From Schmidtea nova (lineage: Eukaryota): a stretch of 64,000 nt of DNA. A program made the position numbers and the translations under genes. Positions 12,516 to 24,826 of the stretch are shown piece by piece. Position 1 is the stretch's first letter; each line of letters begins with the position of its first letter. The notes beneath the pieces were generated by a model. That model was not told where the DNA came from and ran no database searches. It was given only the letters and a program-made list of their open reading frames with translations. The DNA lies in contig CM097883.1 of assembly GCA_044892505.1 (NCBI GenBank), positions 378,262,001-378,326,000 on the forward strand, written 5' to 3'.

Positions 12516-14290
12516 AAATTTTCTTGTTATTTGAGAAAGATTTAGTTAAAACAAACCAAATAAAATTGTTAATTGAGGAAAAATACTTTTTTTATAAAAA
12601 TCTTGCGGATATTCCTGCGGGTGTTCTCTCACATCTTCGACGAGTATGATGCCGAAACTGGAAGGCGCTATGACAGCATGGGGACAGACAGTTGAAGAGA
12701 ATCCACCACAAACACGTAAACCCATACTGACTACCTGTATCGCAACAAACTGGGATACTACAGCAAGTTAGCGACTAGGAAGATCAAGAAAATATAATAA
12801 AATAGTTTCATTTTAATGCACGGGAGAATATTTATTCAATGATCGAGAAAACTTTGTCGAAGACTTTATTTTGCCACAGAAATAGTATTCATAGACAACG
12901 ACAACCGGGTCATGAGCAAGCGCTAAAATAAAAATAAATCCGGCATATTACGTATGCTCAGAACGGTACCATCTCTTCCAAAAGTTTAGACAGCAATGTG
13001 CATCATCGTTTGATCTTTTTTCAACTACCGAGTGCTTCTTTTCAAAACAGTATTTTTTTCAAAAAAGTCTTAAAATTACTGTAAATGACACTGCTTTATA
13101 TATACACATAATTTTCAGATTTAATTTAATTGATGCAGTAAAACAAGCTGTTTTAGAATTTTCTTTTTCTTTTAAATTTATTCAAAAATGTAGATCTTTT
13201 ATTTTTACTTAAAATAAGTTTATATTTATATTTGAAATTTTATCTACTACTTACGTAAACTTTAACTACTTTAATTTTATAAAATTTTGAATACTTAAAT
13301 TTAAATTTTTACCATTTTTCAATATTTTTACATTTATACTATTAAAATTAAGATAATTATTTATAGAATTTTTGAATTTTTATATTTACCTTATTTTTAC
13401 GAGTTTTTTTGCTAAATTGCTTTGTTTGTGTTCAATTTAATTTTAGTTTTTGTTTTAATTAATTTTTACTTGTATGTTGTTTATTACTTTTGTTTACTTG
13501 ATGTTTTCCAAGATATTTGAGTATACTTCTTGCATAGTCGCTATTTGCTATGTTCGAACTCGCTTGTCAAATAAATGGGATTCAGTTTTTACTCAACAAT
13601 ATCTAGTGTATTGTATAAGTATAAGGGTGATTACTTAGTCATCTAAAATCATTCTTTTCTATTTGAACTATTATATTTAATGAATTTTAGTAATTCAGAT
13701 TTAAAACTTATCTAATTTAACAAAATTCCAATTACTATTTTATTTCGCCTTCAAATATTTTTCGTTTTACGACAGTGCTTATGTTTTATCTGTCAATAAT
13801 AAATCTTTAAGTGATAAGTTCACCTATTTGTTATCTTGTTGTTCAGTGAATGTAATTTCAATTAAAAATTTTAACTGCAATTGTCAGTATTAGATGAATT
13901 TGCTAACCATTAGCTATAGTTGTAAACCGCCGAGAAATTATCTTAATGTTTTAAACTCTGATTCAAATGTTTTTACATTCAAATGCTTTCTCATCAGCAT
14001 TGTTGTAAAGGGCTAATGAAGTATGTCTAAGAACAGAATAAAACCTCTGCGTTATTGCCTAGACCAGCGGTTCTTAAACTTATTGAACATCGGGACCCCT
14101 TTGAGACAAAAAATATCTTGGCGGACCCCAAAGTTCATTCATCAATAAACCAATTAAGACAGTGTTTATAAGAAAAATTAAAATTTATTTACTGTATTTT
14201 TATAATTCACTGAGATACAACACAATATATAAATAACAAATAAAAAAAAGTAATAAAATATTTGGATATAACATATAAAATTATGTATAT

Positions 14291-15883
14291 TTAATTTTTA
14301 CCATGTGAAGAATGGTGTTGCTTTTGTGACACTAGAATTGCAATATTAGGATCAATATTTGATATGTTTATCCTTAATTCTGGTTCAACATCCAACCGAT
14401 TTCGATATTTATTCTTCATGTATAATAGCATCGAGAAAGCTCTTTCACATAAATACGTTGTACAAAATGGAAGTAAATATTTAATTGCTTTTTCAGCTAA
14501 TGTTGGATATACATTTTTAACTTTCAACCAAAACTCTTCAACAGTATGTTCATTAAAAACCAACCTGTAGGAGCTGTCGCATGATAATTCTGCAAGTTCA
14601 TCTTGCTCTGAAATTGTCAAATTTTGTACTTCGATATTTTTGCAACAAAATGGATCTCGAACCCATTCATGGTCTGATGTGGTAGAAGGAAAATAATTTC
14701 TAAAAGATTCTTTTAACATTTTTATATGTTCAATTAAAATCTGAATTTCTTCGACAGACAGTTTGTTATCAGAACTTTCTACAAATTCATGAAGTGTTGG
14801 AAAGGATTCAATAATTCCTTTTGTTAATCTGCTTATCCACAAATCCATTTTCTTCATTATTGCTTTTATTTTATCTTCTACTTTAAAAATATTTATTGAA
14901 GTACCTTGTAAACTTAAATTTAATTCATTTAGGTAAGAATGAATATCAGCCAAATAACCCACCTTAGCTAGCCAGGAAAAGTCAAAAAAACGATCTTTTA
15001 AATAGAAATTATCATTCTCCATCAAAAATAATCGTACTTCATCTCGCAGTTCAAAAATTCTATTTAATACCTTTCCACGAGACAACTAACGTACTTCTGC
15101 ATGAAGAAGAAGATGTTTATGCTGACTCCCCATTTCTTCGCATAAAACTTGAAAAAGACGAGAATTTAATGGACGCGCTTTAATAAAATTTACCACAGAT
15201 ACAATTTCATTTAAAGTAGTTTTTAAAATATCTGGCATTTTCTTTGCGACAAGTGCTTCGCGATGTATGCAACAATGTGTCCAAACTACATTGGGCGCTA
15301 CAGTTTTAACAAAATTCTTAAGACCCTTAATTGTTCCACTCATAGGTCGAGCACCGTCCGTGCTTATTCCAATACATTTTGACCACTCCATTTTATTGTT
15401 TGTTATAAAGTTGTTCAAGCAACGAAATATTTCAGCACCAGTTGTCCGTGTTGGAAGCAACTTGCAAAACAAAAAATCTTCATAAATCTTACCGCTAAAT
15501 TCATATCGAATGAATGAGAGCAAATTTGGGTTGCTCGCAATATCTGTAGTTTCATCCAGTTGCAATGAGTAAAATTGACTCTTCAAAACACGTTCAATCA
15601 ATTGGTCCTTAATATTTTGAGACTTCTCACTGATTCTATTTTTAACTGTGTCGTTTGAGAGCGAGATTAAGTTAAGGTCTTGGGCAGCTTTGCTTCCTAT
15701 CATTGTTGAGACTATTGCTTTAGCAGCTGGAAGAATTAAATTTTCAGCGATAGTGTGGGGTTTTCCAGATTTGGCTACTAGGAGAGACACTTGAAATGAT
15801 GCATGTACCGCTTGTTCATTATTACTTCCTGTGACGGTTTTTTTAATCAATTTTTGACTTGCTTGTAGTTCATGTAATTTCAT
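14291..15883 (-). pseudogene. Buster-type hAT transposase, 5' truncated, one in-frame stop
   Basis: Two in-frame ORFs (15086-15883, 14291-15085) separated by TAG at the conserved EVR(W)LSRG. Motifs KPHTIAENLILPAA, FYSLQLDETTD, ISTDGA, HCCIHREAL, PFCTTYLCERAFS. Confidence 0.92.
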
Positions 15884-16289
15884 AATTATACAGTTACCCC
15901 GGCCTCCACCCCCGCGCGTGTTGATGAAGCCGATGATAAGATTTATTTAAAGTTTTATTTTTAAATTCTTTGTGTTTTTTGTTGTTTTTCTAGTTAATAT
16001 TACTTTTTATTGTTGAGCGTTAAATTCTGATTATTTATATGTAAAAGATCTTGAATTTTAACCATTTTTAACCAAGTAAGGTTTTTTCATGTTAAATTTA
16101 CCATAGAAGACCAATTTTTCATGTTTTTACTTTTTGACCCTTTTTTGTTCGCCATTGAATACCAGTAGATTGGTATAAAAATTATTTAAATCCGAGCATT
16201 TTTGAAATTTTTGGGTAAAAATTTGAAAAAATTAATTTATTTAATATTTTTTGTAAAAAATTATGAAAAAATAAATAAAAATTATTAAA

Positions 16290-16745
16290 TTACAGTATTA
16301 CATCATAAATTACATAAGGGATTTCGTAAATAATGGCGTAATAATTACGTAATAATTACGTAATGATATATGATATTACGCAATTTTGTTGGTTGGGGTA
16401 GGGTAGCTGTATAATTATTACGTAATACATACAGGTTAGGGATAAATGGCTTGGCCCCGTGTCCTCACTATCCCCTACTACTAGTATTAGTAGTAGGGAT
16501 AGTGAGGACACGGGGCCAAGCCATTTATCCTTAAACTGTATGTATTACGTAATAATTATACAGTTGCCTACCCCCACCCACACCAAATTACGTAACATTA
16601 TATATTGTTACGTAAGCATTAAGTAGCCATTACATAATCACTATGTAATTATTACATCATTATCGCGACAATGTTTTGTAATATTACACAATTATTGCGT
16701 CATTATTACGTAATTATTACGTAACTAATGCGTCATTATGGTTAC
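16290..16745. repeat. Long near-perfect palindrome (foldback) inside the hAT 5' region
   Basis: The arm GGGATAAATGGCTTGGCCCCGTGTCCTCACTATCCC is mirrored around CTACTAGTATTAGTAG (~16483). The outer arms are rich in ATTACGTAAT repeats. Confidence 0.9.
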
Positions 16746-17776
16746 TATTACCATTTTTTCAAATTTAAATGGAAAATCAACGATTTTATTTCGATTTGAT
16801 TTATGCCAATTTGCAAATCTATTAGAATTTAGAAAAAATAAAACCAAAAACTTGAAAAAATTTCCGTATTTTTAAATATAAATGTGAGTCATATGCTCGC
16901 GGACCCTCTGCCAGCAGCCGGCGGACCCCCAGGGGTCCGCGGACCACAGTTTAAGAACCGCTGGCCTAGACTCATTATTATAGTAATGTTATTTTATTGA
17001 TATAGTTTTCTATCACTATTCAAATTTCGAGTATGATTCTTTCAGATAAACAAGATAACATACAGATTAGTTTATTTTTATCTATAGTAAATAAAATTTG
17101 ATGTACTAATGCAAATTGTTAATTACTATCAGGTCTATGCATTCGGGATTTTCGCTTGTAGCAAAAAATTGATCACGGTCTCATGAAGACATTCGCTTGC
17201 ATTGTTAAAAAGTATTATTCATCGTGTCTGTTATGAATTCATGATACCAATGCCTTATAAATCGACGGCAATTAGATTGCATTTTGCATGCTTCAAAGTT
17301 TCCTTTCTCAAGGGTCAACATATTGTTATTTATACTTGGATCACTGAAAATAGTTTACGAATTGTTTTGTGGGTTCAGTTAATTTATCGCAAAAGATCAC
17401 CACTAAGAATGTCTGTTAAAAATCTTAATTAAACAAATGTTAGAACAAATTATTAAATCCTTCAGGGTGATTGGATGGTTGACAATCGCATTTAAGTGTT
17501 GGGTCATTTAGTGCGGAGTTACTCACTTGATCAAATTGATCTATTACCGGCATTCTACCACTCACATTCTGCTTCTCCTACGCAGCACAAAGCTATCTCC
17601 TTTCAAACACTGAAAAACTTAAATTAAACTTTAAAAAAAGCAAGAACTATGTAAAAAGAAACAGAAAGATAACAAACAAGAATAGAAAAATTAACAAATT
17701 AGAAAATTCAAAGAATGTTATGATTAATTATTTAAATTTTTAGAGGATTAAGCGATAAAAAATTAAAAGAAAAACG

Positions 17777-18223
17777 GGTAAGGGTAAAAATTTTGGGACT
17801 ATTAAAAAAAAATAAAAAAAATTTAATAATTCAATAAAATTTAATAATTCAATAAAATTTCTAATTAAAAAAAAAAGTTGAATTTGAAAATAAAAATGAA
17901 CAATTAATCAATTAAAATTTCTATTTTAAAATTTTATTAAAAATTATTTTGAAACCCCATGGATATTAATGTTTTTTTACAAAGAATGAATATTTCACAA
18001 TCAAAAAGCTCCAATCCATGGGAATTCTTGAAAAATGGCATACTAAAATACATTGTTTTGGCAAATTTTTTGCATTATTTCTTTGCATTAATTTTTGCAA
18101 TTATTTTGAATTTTTGATATAAAATTGTTTTTTGATCTGTTTTTGATCACTTAAAAAATATTTATGGTTCTTTTTTGTACCGAATGAGAATTTAATAATA
18201 GTCCAAAAATTTTTACTCTTACC
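17777..18223. mobile_element. Merlin-like MITE
   Basis: ~28-bp TIR GGTAAGGGTAAAAATTTTGGGACTATTA / TAATAGTCCAAAAATTTTTACTCTTACC; flanks GAAAAACG / CAAAAACG (7/8 TSD); GG termini. Confidence 0.65.
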
Positions 18224-18579
18224 CAAAAACGTTTAGAATTAAAAATAAATTATAATAATTTGAATATTGGTCTTTTAATACTTATAATCTGATAAATGCA
18301 TCAGTTTGGACAATCATATTAAAAGTCAATCCAAGTGATAAAACTAATATATTTGAACATTTCTCATATCAAGCCGCAATTAAAAAGAAATACAAGTTTT
18401 ATTATATTCTGTATTTTTCTTTAGCGTTGCTGAGTTTTTAACATTTCGAAAATTAAAATAATTGATCAAACCACAACATGAGATTGTAGTCTTATCAATT
18501 GACGGCAAATATTTACGATTCTGAATTTATTTTTTTATTTCATCAATAAATTGATCTGGAAAATATTTCCATTCTTTAC

Positions 18580-18830
18580 TTACTATCACAGACAAAAGCA
18601 CAAACGAAAGGTCCACAATCGTATTTTGTAAGTGAGATTATTGAGATAGTTGAATGTGACGGCAATCTAAAGATTAAATAAGTGCTTTAATGCTATGTTA
18701 ATTCTAAGTGCGCTTATTTTATAAAATTATGACTGTTTTCAAATATGGGATCAATATATAGAGGACTTACAATATACAAACAAAATTCAGTGAGATTTAT
18801 GGATATTTAAAGGGCATAATATTATCTGCG
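18580..18830 (-). pseudogene. Ulp1/SENP-like (clan CE) cysteine protease remnant, probably TE-borne
   Basis: IILCPLNIHKSH*ILFVY (His motif, W mutated to TGA) and KYDCGPFVCAFV (catalytic Cys motif) lie in different frames. Upstream degraded ORF pieces extend to ~20300. Confidence 0.55.
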
Positions 18831-20819
18831 CACTGAAAATTGTTTCTTGAATAGAAACAATTTCTTCTTCAAGATTCGCGCAGAGTATAAAGACAATAAA
18901 AGTGGTGCGTATTCTGGATTACTGGTGTGATTCTCATGGAATTAGTCTATATTATCAATAAACCATATTTTCGGGTTGCGCTCACCTATTATAATTTTTC
19001 TAGTGCGTTCTGCATCAGTCTCGTTTGAGATTTGAGCAGATAATGAGACTGGCGCAGGCACATACGATCATTTCAAATTATTTGTTGTTTTCCTGTTTCT
19101 TGTAGATTTAGTTGGTACTTTTTTCAATTAGACAGGTTTTGACATTAGGCATTTCGTTTTCGTTTATATCCACTGTAAGAGATTTTATTAAAATTTCTTA
19201 GTTGGGTTTTGATGTCTCTAGATTGTCAATTTCGATAATGGAACAAGTATTTTTGGCTGAATCACTGGAATTGTTAACTATATCAGAATCTGCTTCTTTA
19301 ATTTTCAGGTCATCTGTTTTCTGAACAACAAGGAATTTAATCGATTCAACTATTTCATGAATACATTCGCTCATTCTCAGAACAAATTTTGAGACAATGT
19401 TTAGGGTTGCGGTAATTTAATCTGTTATTTAATAAGAACGCCTTCTTGTCTGTTATTATGAAATACAATAATTGTTTCGCCTTTGATTCAGACTTCCACT
19501 CATTGATTTTATTACCAAGTTCTCCAATGACTTTAAGTTGTTCAGCTTTAAGAGGCAAAAACTGATCAATTAATTCAAGAAAATTGTTAATTTCATGAAA
19601 GTTCTAGGAGGGATTATATTATAAATCGTATCTAACTCTTTCGAAAGTTCCCACTGTGACAATTTAATAAGTCTTTCTTTGCAACTAGCAGTGTAATATG
19701 ATGATGATAGGGTCATATCAATCATCTTTGGCCATCAGATTTAAATGTCAGCAACAGTAAATTGAACACAGTCATCTATGTTTACAATCGAATATATCAG
19801 CACACAATTGCGCACGTAGTTTAAAACGTAATCATCGTTATGATTCTTTTCTGGACTTTTTTACACTTAAGTAATTTAGTTGAAATATTATTTCGATCAG
19901 TATTCTGAACATTTTCGTAGACTTAAGAGATTTAAGAATGTCATCTACTTTAGATATTTTAATAAAATTAAGCAAACCAATATTAAACATTATATCCGAT
20001 TCACCCTCTGCTTGTGATTCATTTTGATTTTGTATAAATTTACCCTCAACAAATGACATTTTCTCAGGAAATTGGCAATTTAATTTAATTATTAATTAAT
20101 GCATTTAATTTTACAGGATTCCTATTACGATCTCAGTGAAACATAGTTCCTGAACTTCAGGGAATGAACTGAGCAAGTCACGCAACTGTTAATGGGGCAG
20201 TTTTGAATTTCTCAGATCAGAAAGTGTGCTGTCCGACTCTGCGCCATTCTGAATGTCAATCATTACAAAATCACCATCATGATATTTGATTTACGATTCT
20301 AAAGGGTAAGCAGAAATAATGCATTTTTGTTTCATCCATTTTAGCGTGTTGATAATTTGTAAGCCTCTTGTTTGAAAATTTTTAATATTCATTGTCAGCG
20401 AGTTTTCTAGATAATGCATACAAATGTTTTTATTGCAATCGGTGCTGGAATGAATTTATGATTATTAATAAAAGAACTCACGATGCTTGACTTTAATATA
20501 AAGGTTTGAAATGCAGGTTTATTGAGATTTTTATCATTTAAATATTTTCTATTCATTTGTTTATATTTTAAGGAAATATAGATGTTCGAGTTCCTATAAA
20601 ATAAATAGTCTAAATCAGCTATATTCAAATTTAAATTAAATCTGGGTATTTTATAAACTATCTATAATTAATAAACTTTTCAAAAAGAATTATATATATA
20701 AATATAAATTTATTGTATATAAATTATATAAATATAAAAAAAATTTTTTACAATAAAGTAATAATTCTATTATCCATAAATCTTAGTTAAATTTTTGTTT
20801 TGATACTACTCTGCTTAAA

Positions 20820-21600
20820 ACATTCATTTCAAATTTATTCAACTTTGTGGCGTGGTACGTCGATGTCGACCCACCTGGTTGAACGCATATAGATGGTTTA
20901 TACGGGTGGTTGAAACTGATTTAACGTAGCGATAGTTGAATTATAATGATCATGCTTTCTGAACCACGCTTGGTTTCACCGACTAATAAAACGGCACATA
21001 TCGTCTTCTTCAGTCATTCGATTCGCACACCATAGTTATGCTCATTCATCAGGTATCATCATCAACCACATTTCTCTCAAATTATTTTTACTACACTTTT
21101 ATTATACCATGTAATCGATGGGGAAGGTCAATTTTTGCTATTTGGATAATTTTCTGTTATGTGGTTGTAACTATCTCTCGCTGTGTCTTCCTAGTGCACC
21201 TCAACGAACTGTATATGCCTCATTGCTTTGGTTAGATATTCTATTATCCGCTATATTCTCTTACACTATGGCGTCTCGCGCAGACCCTTCCATCTCAGGA
21301 AATTTACTAACTAAAATTCTGCCTGTTCCGTCCTTTATGTGCACACTTCCCGCAATAATTATGTTATGATACTACGCCGCATCAGCCCTCACCCGAAGGT
21401 GTTGCACTGAGAGGCCCAAACCGCCTGGCAGGTCCGACGACCTTCGGGATATCTTATTCATTTTAGCAGACAATCATGAGGGTTTAAAATCATTAAAAAC
21501 TAAGTCACGGCATACCTTTTATTTGACACAAGTTGCTTCTGATACAATTGATTCAAGTAAAATGTCTCTTTGCAAAAGTGACCCTTACTGGTAAAAATGA
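20820..21600 (-). pseudogene. Non-LTR retrotransposon (RLE clade, R4/NeSL-like) C-terminal remnant
   Basis: RSSDLPGGLGL (post-RT GGxGL), EDDMCRF...RKHD (zinc knuckle region) and WVDIDVP (restriction-like endonuclease) appear in the expected order, with many stops. Confidence 0.45.
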
Positions 21601-22979
21601 CATTAGTTGACTGAATTTGGCTGCCGTATTTATACTAATTTTTACTGACGGCCAGCCAATCACAATTTCACGTGTATGCAAATATGTTACTTGTTTGTTC
21701 TTGCTGCTTGTTGCTATGTTATTAAGTCTGTGAGTTTCTATAACTACTCATGCGTTTATATTTTTATGAATTTTTTATTTTAATTTAGGTTCACGTATTA
21801 TCCGAGCGATCCACCCCCTCGCTGTAAATCCTGAGTGATTCAGCACATCATTTCATTTTTTCTCGTTTCGGTTCGCCGGATTTTACGTAAGTTTTATGTT
21901 TTTCGTTGCTGATTTATTGTTATGTCATTTATTTCAAGTCTCAATGATTTTCGGTTTATTTGTGGTGATTTAATTGTTATATATTTTATTATCTATAATT
22001 CGTGTTGGTTTTTTAATCAAATTGGTTGGCCCAACACAGACAATAAAAGGAAAATAAATTTTAAATTTTAAAAAAAGGATAAATTTATTTATTCGAAAAA
22101 AATTTTTAAATTTATATTAATCAGATTAACATCCAATGAAAAGGAAGATAATTCACGAGAAAGAAACATCAGAAATAAATTAAGATACCAGTTATATGCC
22201 GAATTAGCGATTGACGAGGATTATTTTATAATCGAAAAATTTTCTCACATAAAAAATTGTTATTGCAGCAAAGGCTTATTTTGTTACTTATTTATTAATT
22301 TATTATTATTGATATTATTATTAATAGCTCTTCCATTTACACTCAAGGTGCTTTAATAACGACTAGTGCCAGTTAAAAAATTCAAATGGCCAAGCACGAA
22401 TCGATGCTTAGCGTCTAATTTTAAATTTAACTCCTAGAGGGTTTTAATTAAAATAATTAGAGATAAAAATAGTAATATAAATAATATTAATATATCAAAT
22501 ATAAATAATATAATTACATAAAACATCACATATAATTATATAAAACAAAATTCATAAAAAAAGGAACCCATAAAAACAAGTTTTTAATGTAACTCTTTCT
22601 TTTTCTCATGTTCTCGTTTAATTTTATTGTTGTTTCATTGTTTGGTAGTTTCTTGGCAACAGTAAATTGAAAAATCACATTGTTTCAAAATTTTTCAATT
22701 TTTTAATGGAATAATTTGTGGGCCACCACGAGTCTGCTCGCAAATTTTCAGATCGATTGGATATCGGGAAGTGGGTTAAAAATCGATCCAAAGTTTGACA
22801 AGAAAACAGAAATTGGAAGTTAATAGAAAGAGTTAAATAAAAACCCCATTAAAATTAAGTGAAATAATTCGAATAAGTCAAAATCAAAAATCGACTGTCA
22901 TCGTAGTCAAACAAATCAATTCAAAATTAAGATAATAAAATCAATAAATATTACATCAATTAACATAAATTCTCAACAT

Positions 22980-23139
22980 CAGTAAAATAAATTAATAAAA
23001 TCCATGAAGTTCATGAAGTTCATCATAATGACTAATTTTTCATTATTCTTTGCGATGTGTATATTGATCCTATACCTATTTAAACCTATTATGCAATATT
23101 TCAATTTTATGATTTTTACTGTTCTCCCATCTTCCAACA
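22980..23139 (-). mobile_element. Probable LTR start (TGTTGG) with a reading frame running in from upstream
   Basis: The ORF YYDRMVMLEDGRTVKIIKLKYCIIGLNRYRINIHIAK resembles the peptide at the start of the LTRs at 43199 and 60956. Purine-rich GACAGAATGGTAA precedes the TG. Confidence 0.45.
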
Positions 23140-23788
23140 TTACCATTCTGTCATAATATTTTAGAAAATGGAACAATCTCAGGAAAAGCTTTGCAGGAGA
23201 ATGAGTAGATTTAAGACTCGAAACGAAGATCTTTCGAAGAAAAATCAGGCGCTAACGTTACGTCTGAATAAATTTATTCAACAAAATAATTGTTATTAAG
23301 GTTTGGCACCGACAAGATGAAGATTCCCCATGAGAATTTTAGGGTCGAGGTTGTGATTTTTAACAATAATAACGCTACAAATAGAAAAAAAGTTCTTATT
23401 ATTTAAATATAGTTTTAAATAAATATTGTAAATAAATAATAACTACTGTTGGGCCCGCCAAATAGGCTAAAGCAACAACATTAAGACAAAAAGTTAAAAT
23501 AATAATAAAATAATAAACACAGAAATAGCAATAAAGGAAAATTAAAAATAGAAATAAAATAGTAAATAACATTTAATAAATTTCCAGTAAAAGGAAATTT
23601 TAAAAATAAAACGGTAACAAGCAGTAAAAGGGGGCCTGAAATAAGAAAATTAAGAATTAAATAAATTAATAGTACAAGTAATTGATTAATTACTTGAAAA
23701 ACCAGGACCACCCAGCGAGAAACCGGAAAAGGAAATAAAATAATATTTAGATTTAAATAAAATAGTAAAAACACTTTGATGGACGGTC

Positions 23789-23831
23789 TGATCCTGATTG
23801 GTCAATCTGACCAGTCGGATCAGTATAAATA
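23789..23831 (+). promoter_or_regulatory. CCAAT-containing palindrome plus TATA box of copy 1 (same in copy 2 at 31917-31959)
   Basis: TGATCCTGATTGGTCAATCTGACCAGTCGGATCA followed directly by GTATAAATA; nearly identical in both otherwise diverged copies. Confidence 0.65.
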
Positions 23832-24826
23832 CCGATCCAAAAATCACAACTTTACACTTTTTTTTCCATTTTTGCGAAACACTTGTTAACTGTTTAAAAC
23901 GCACGTTCTCAACTGTTACAGAAACCTCTTTCTAAAGCGTAAACCTAGGCGGAACGTATTTTTCGAAATATTCATTGAAAACTAGTGGAAGATATCATCT
24001 GAGGAGTAAATTTTTACTTTGTTTTATGTTGTAACTTTATATTGTTGTACCATGATTGTCATCTATAAATTATAATTTTATATCTAAATTTTTAATTTTT
24101 ATTATTCATATTTATGCATATAGTTATGCTTCCTAGGCTGCTCACGCGACAAGGGAGCCCGAGTCGTCGTTGTGGGGCTTCACGGTCTCACATGGCGGTT
24201 CCACCTTTTTATGAAGTCCTGAAACCATTTTATAATTATATTATTTTATCGACAAGTTTGCGTTCAATAATTTTCTGAATTTCGGTTGCACAGAGGACGT
24301 GGCGCGGAGAGCGGTAGGAAATGCTTAGAAAGTTGCCAGAAAGTGTGAGGCACCCGACAGACGTTATGTACTGACACCCAGGGGAATGGTAAAATCGAGT
24401 GATTTTTGATCTCAAGAGATCGAGTAGGGTGAGTAAAAACACAAAGTATCGAACGAAATCGATCCAACCGGAAATTTGCATCGGAGATCAAAGTACGGGA
24501 TCGACAGTTAAATATATCGAGACGGATAAAATTTGCATTAAACATCAGATGACATAATTAAAATCGTGTGAGATGGAAAATCTAAATAACATTATAAATA
24601 ACTTTATGCCGATCGCTGTACATAGCGCGGTAATCCAAATCAATATTATCCTGATCGCCGTACATGGCACAGGGAGAACTAAAATACATTATTCCGACCG
24701 TGGTATATCGCGGCGCTGACAAATTGATCTAATAATATTTTCGTTTTTCCTTATTTACGATCAGTTAACTGAAATAATTCTTGTATTGAATAAAACCTGT
24801 TTTACAATCCTTTAATGAAATAATAG

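Larger units (their letters stand above)
14065..16963 (-). mobile_element. hAT (Buster/ZBED5-8-like) transposon with a perfect TSD
   Basis: TIR CAGCGGTTCTTAAAC at both ends; perfect 8-bp TSD GCCTAGAC (14057-14064, 16964-16971) with the central TA typical of Buster. Confidence 0.95.

Noticed and set aside
18900-19060. KIIIG...WF peptide suggesting a MYST acetyltransferase
   Set aside because: Too short; the downstream motifs fit a Ulp1-like protease better.
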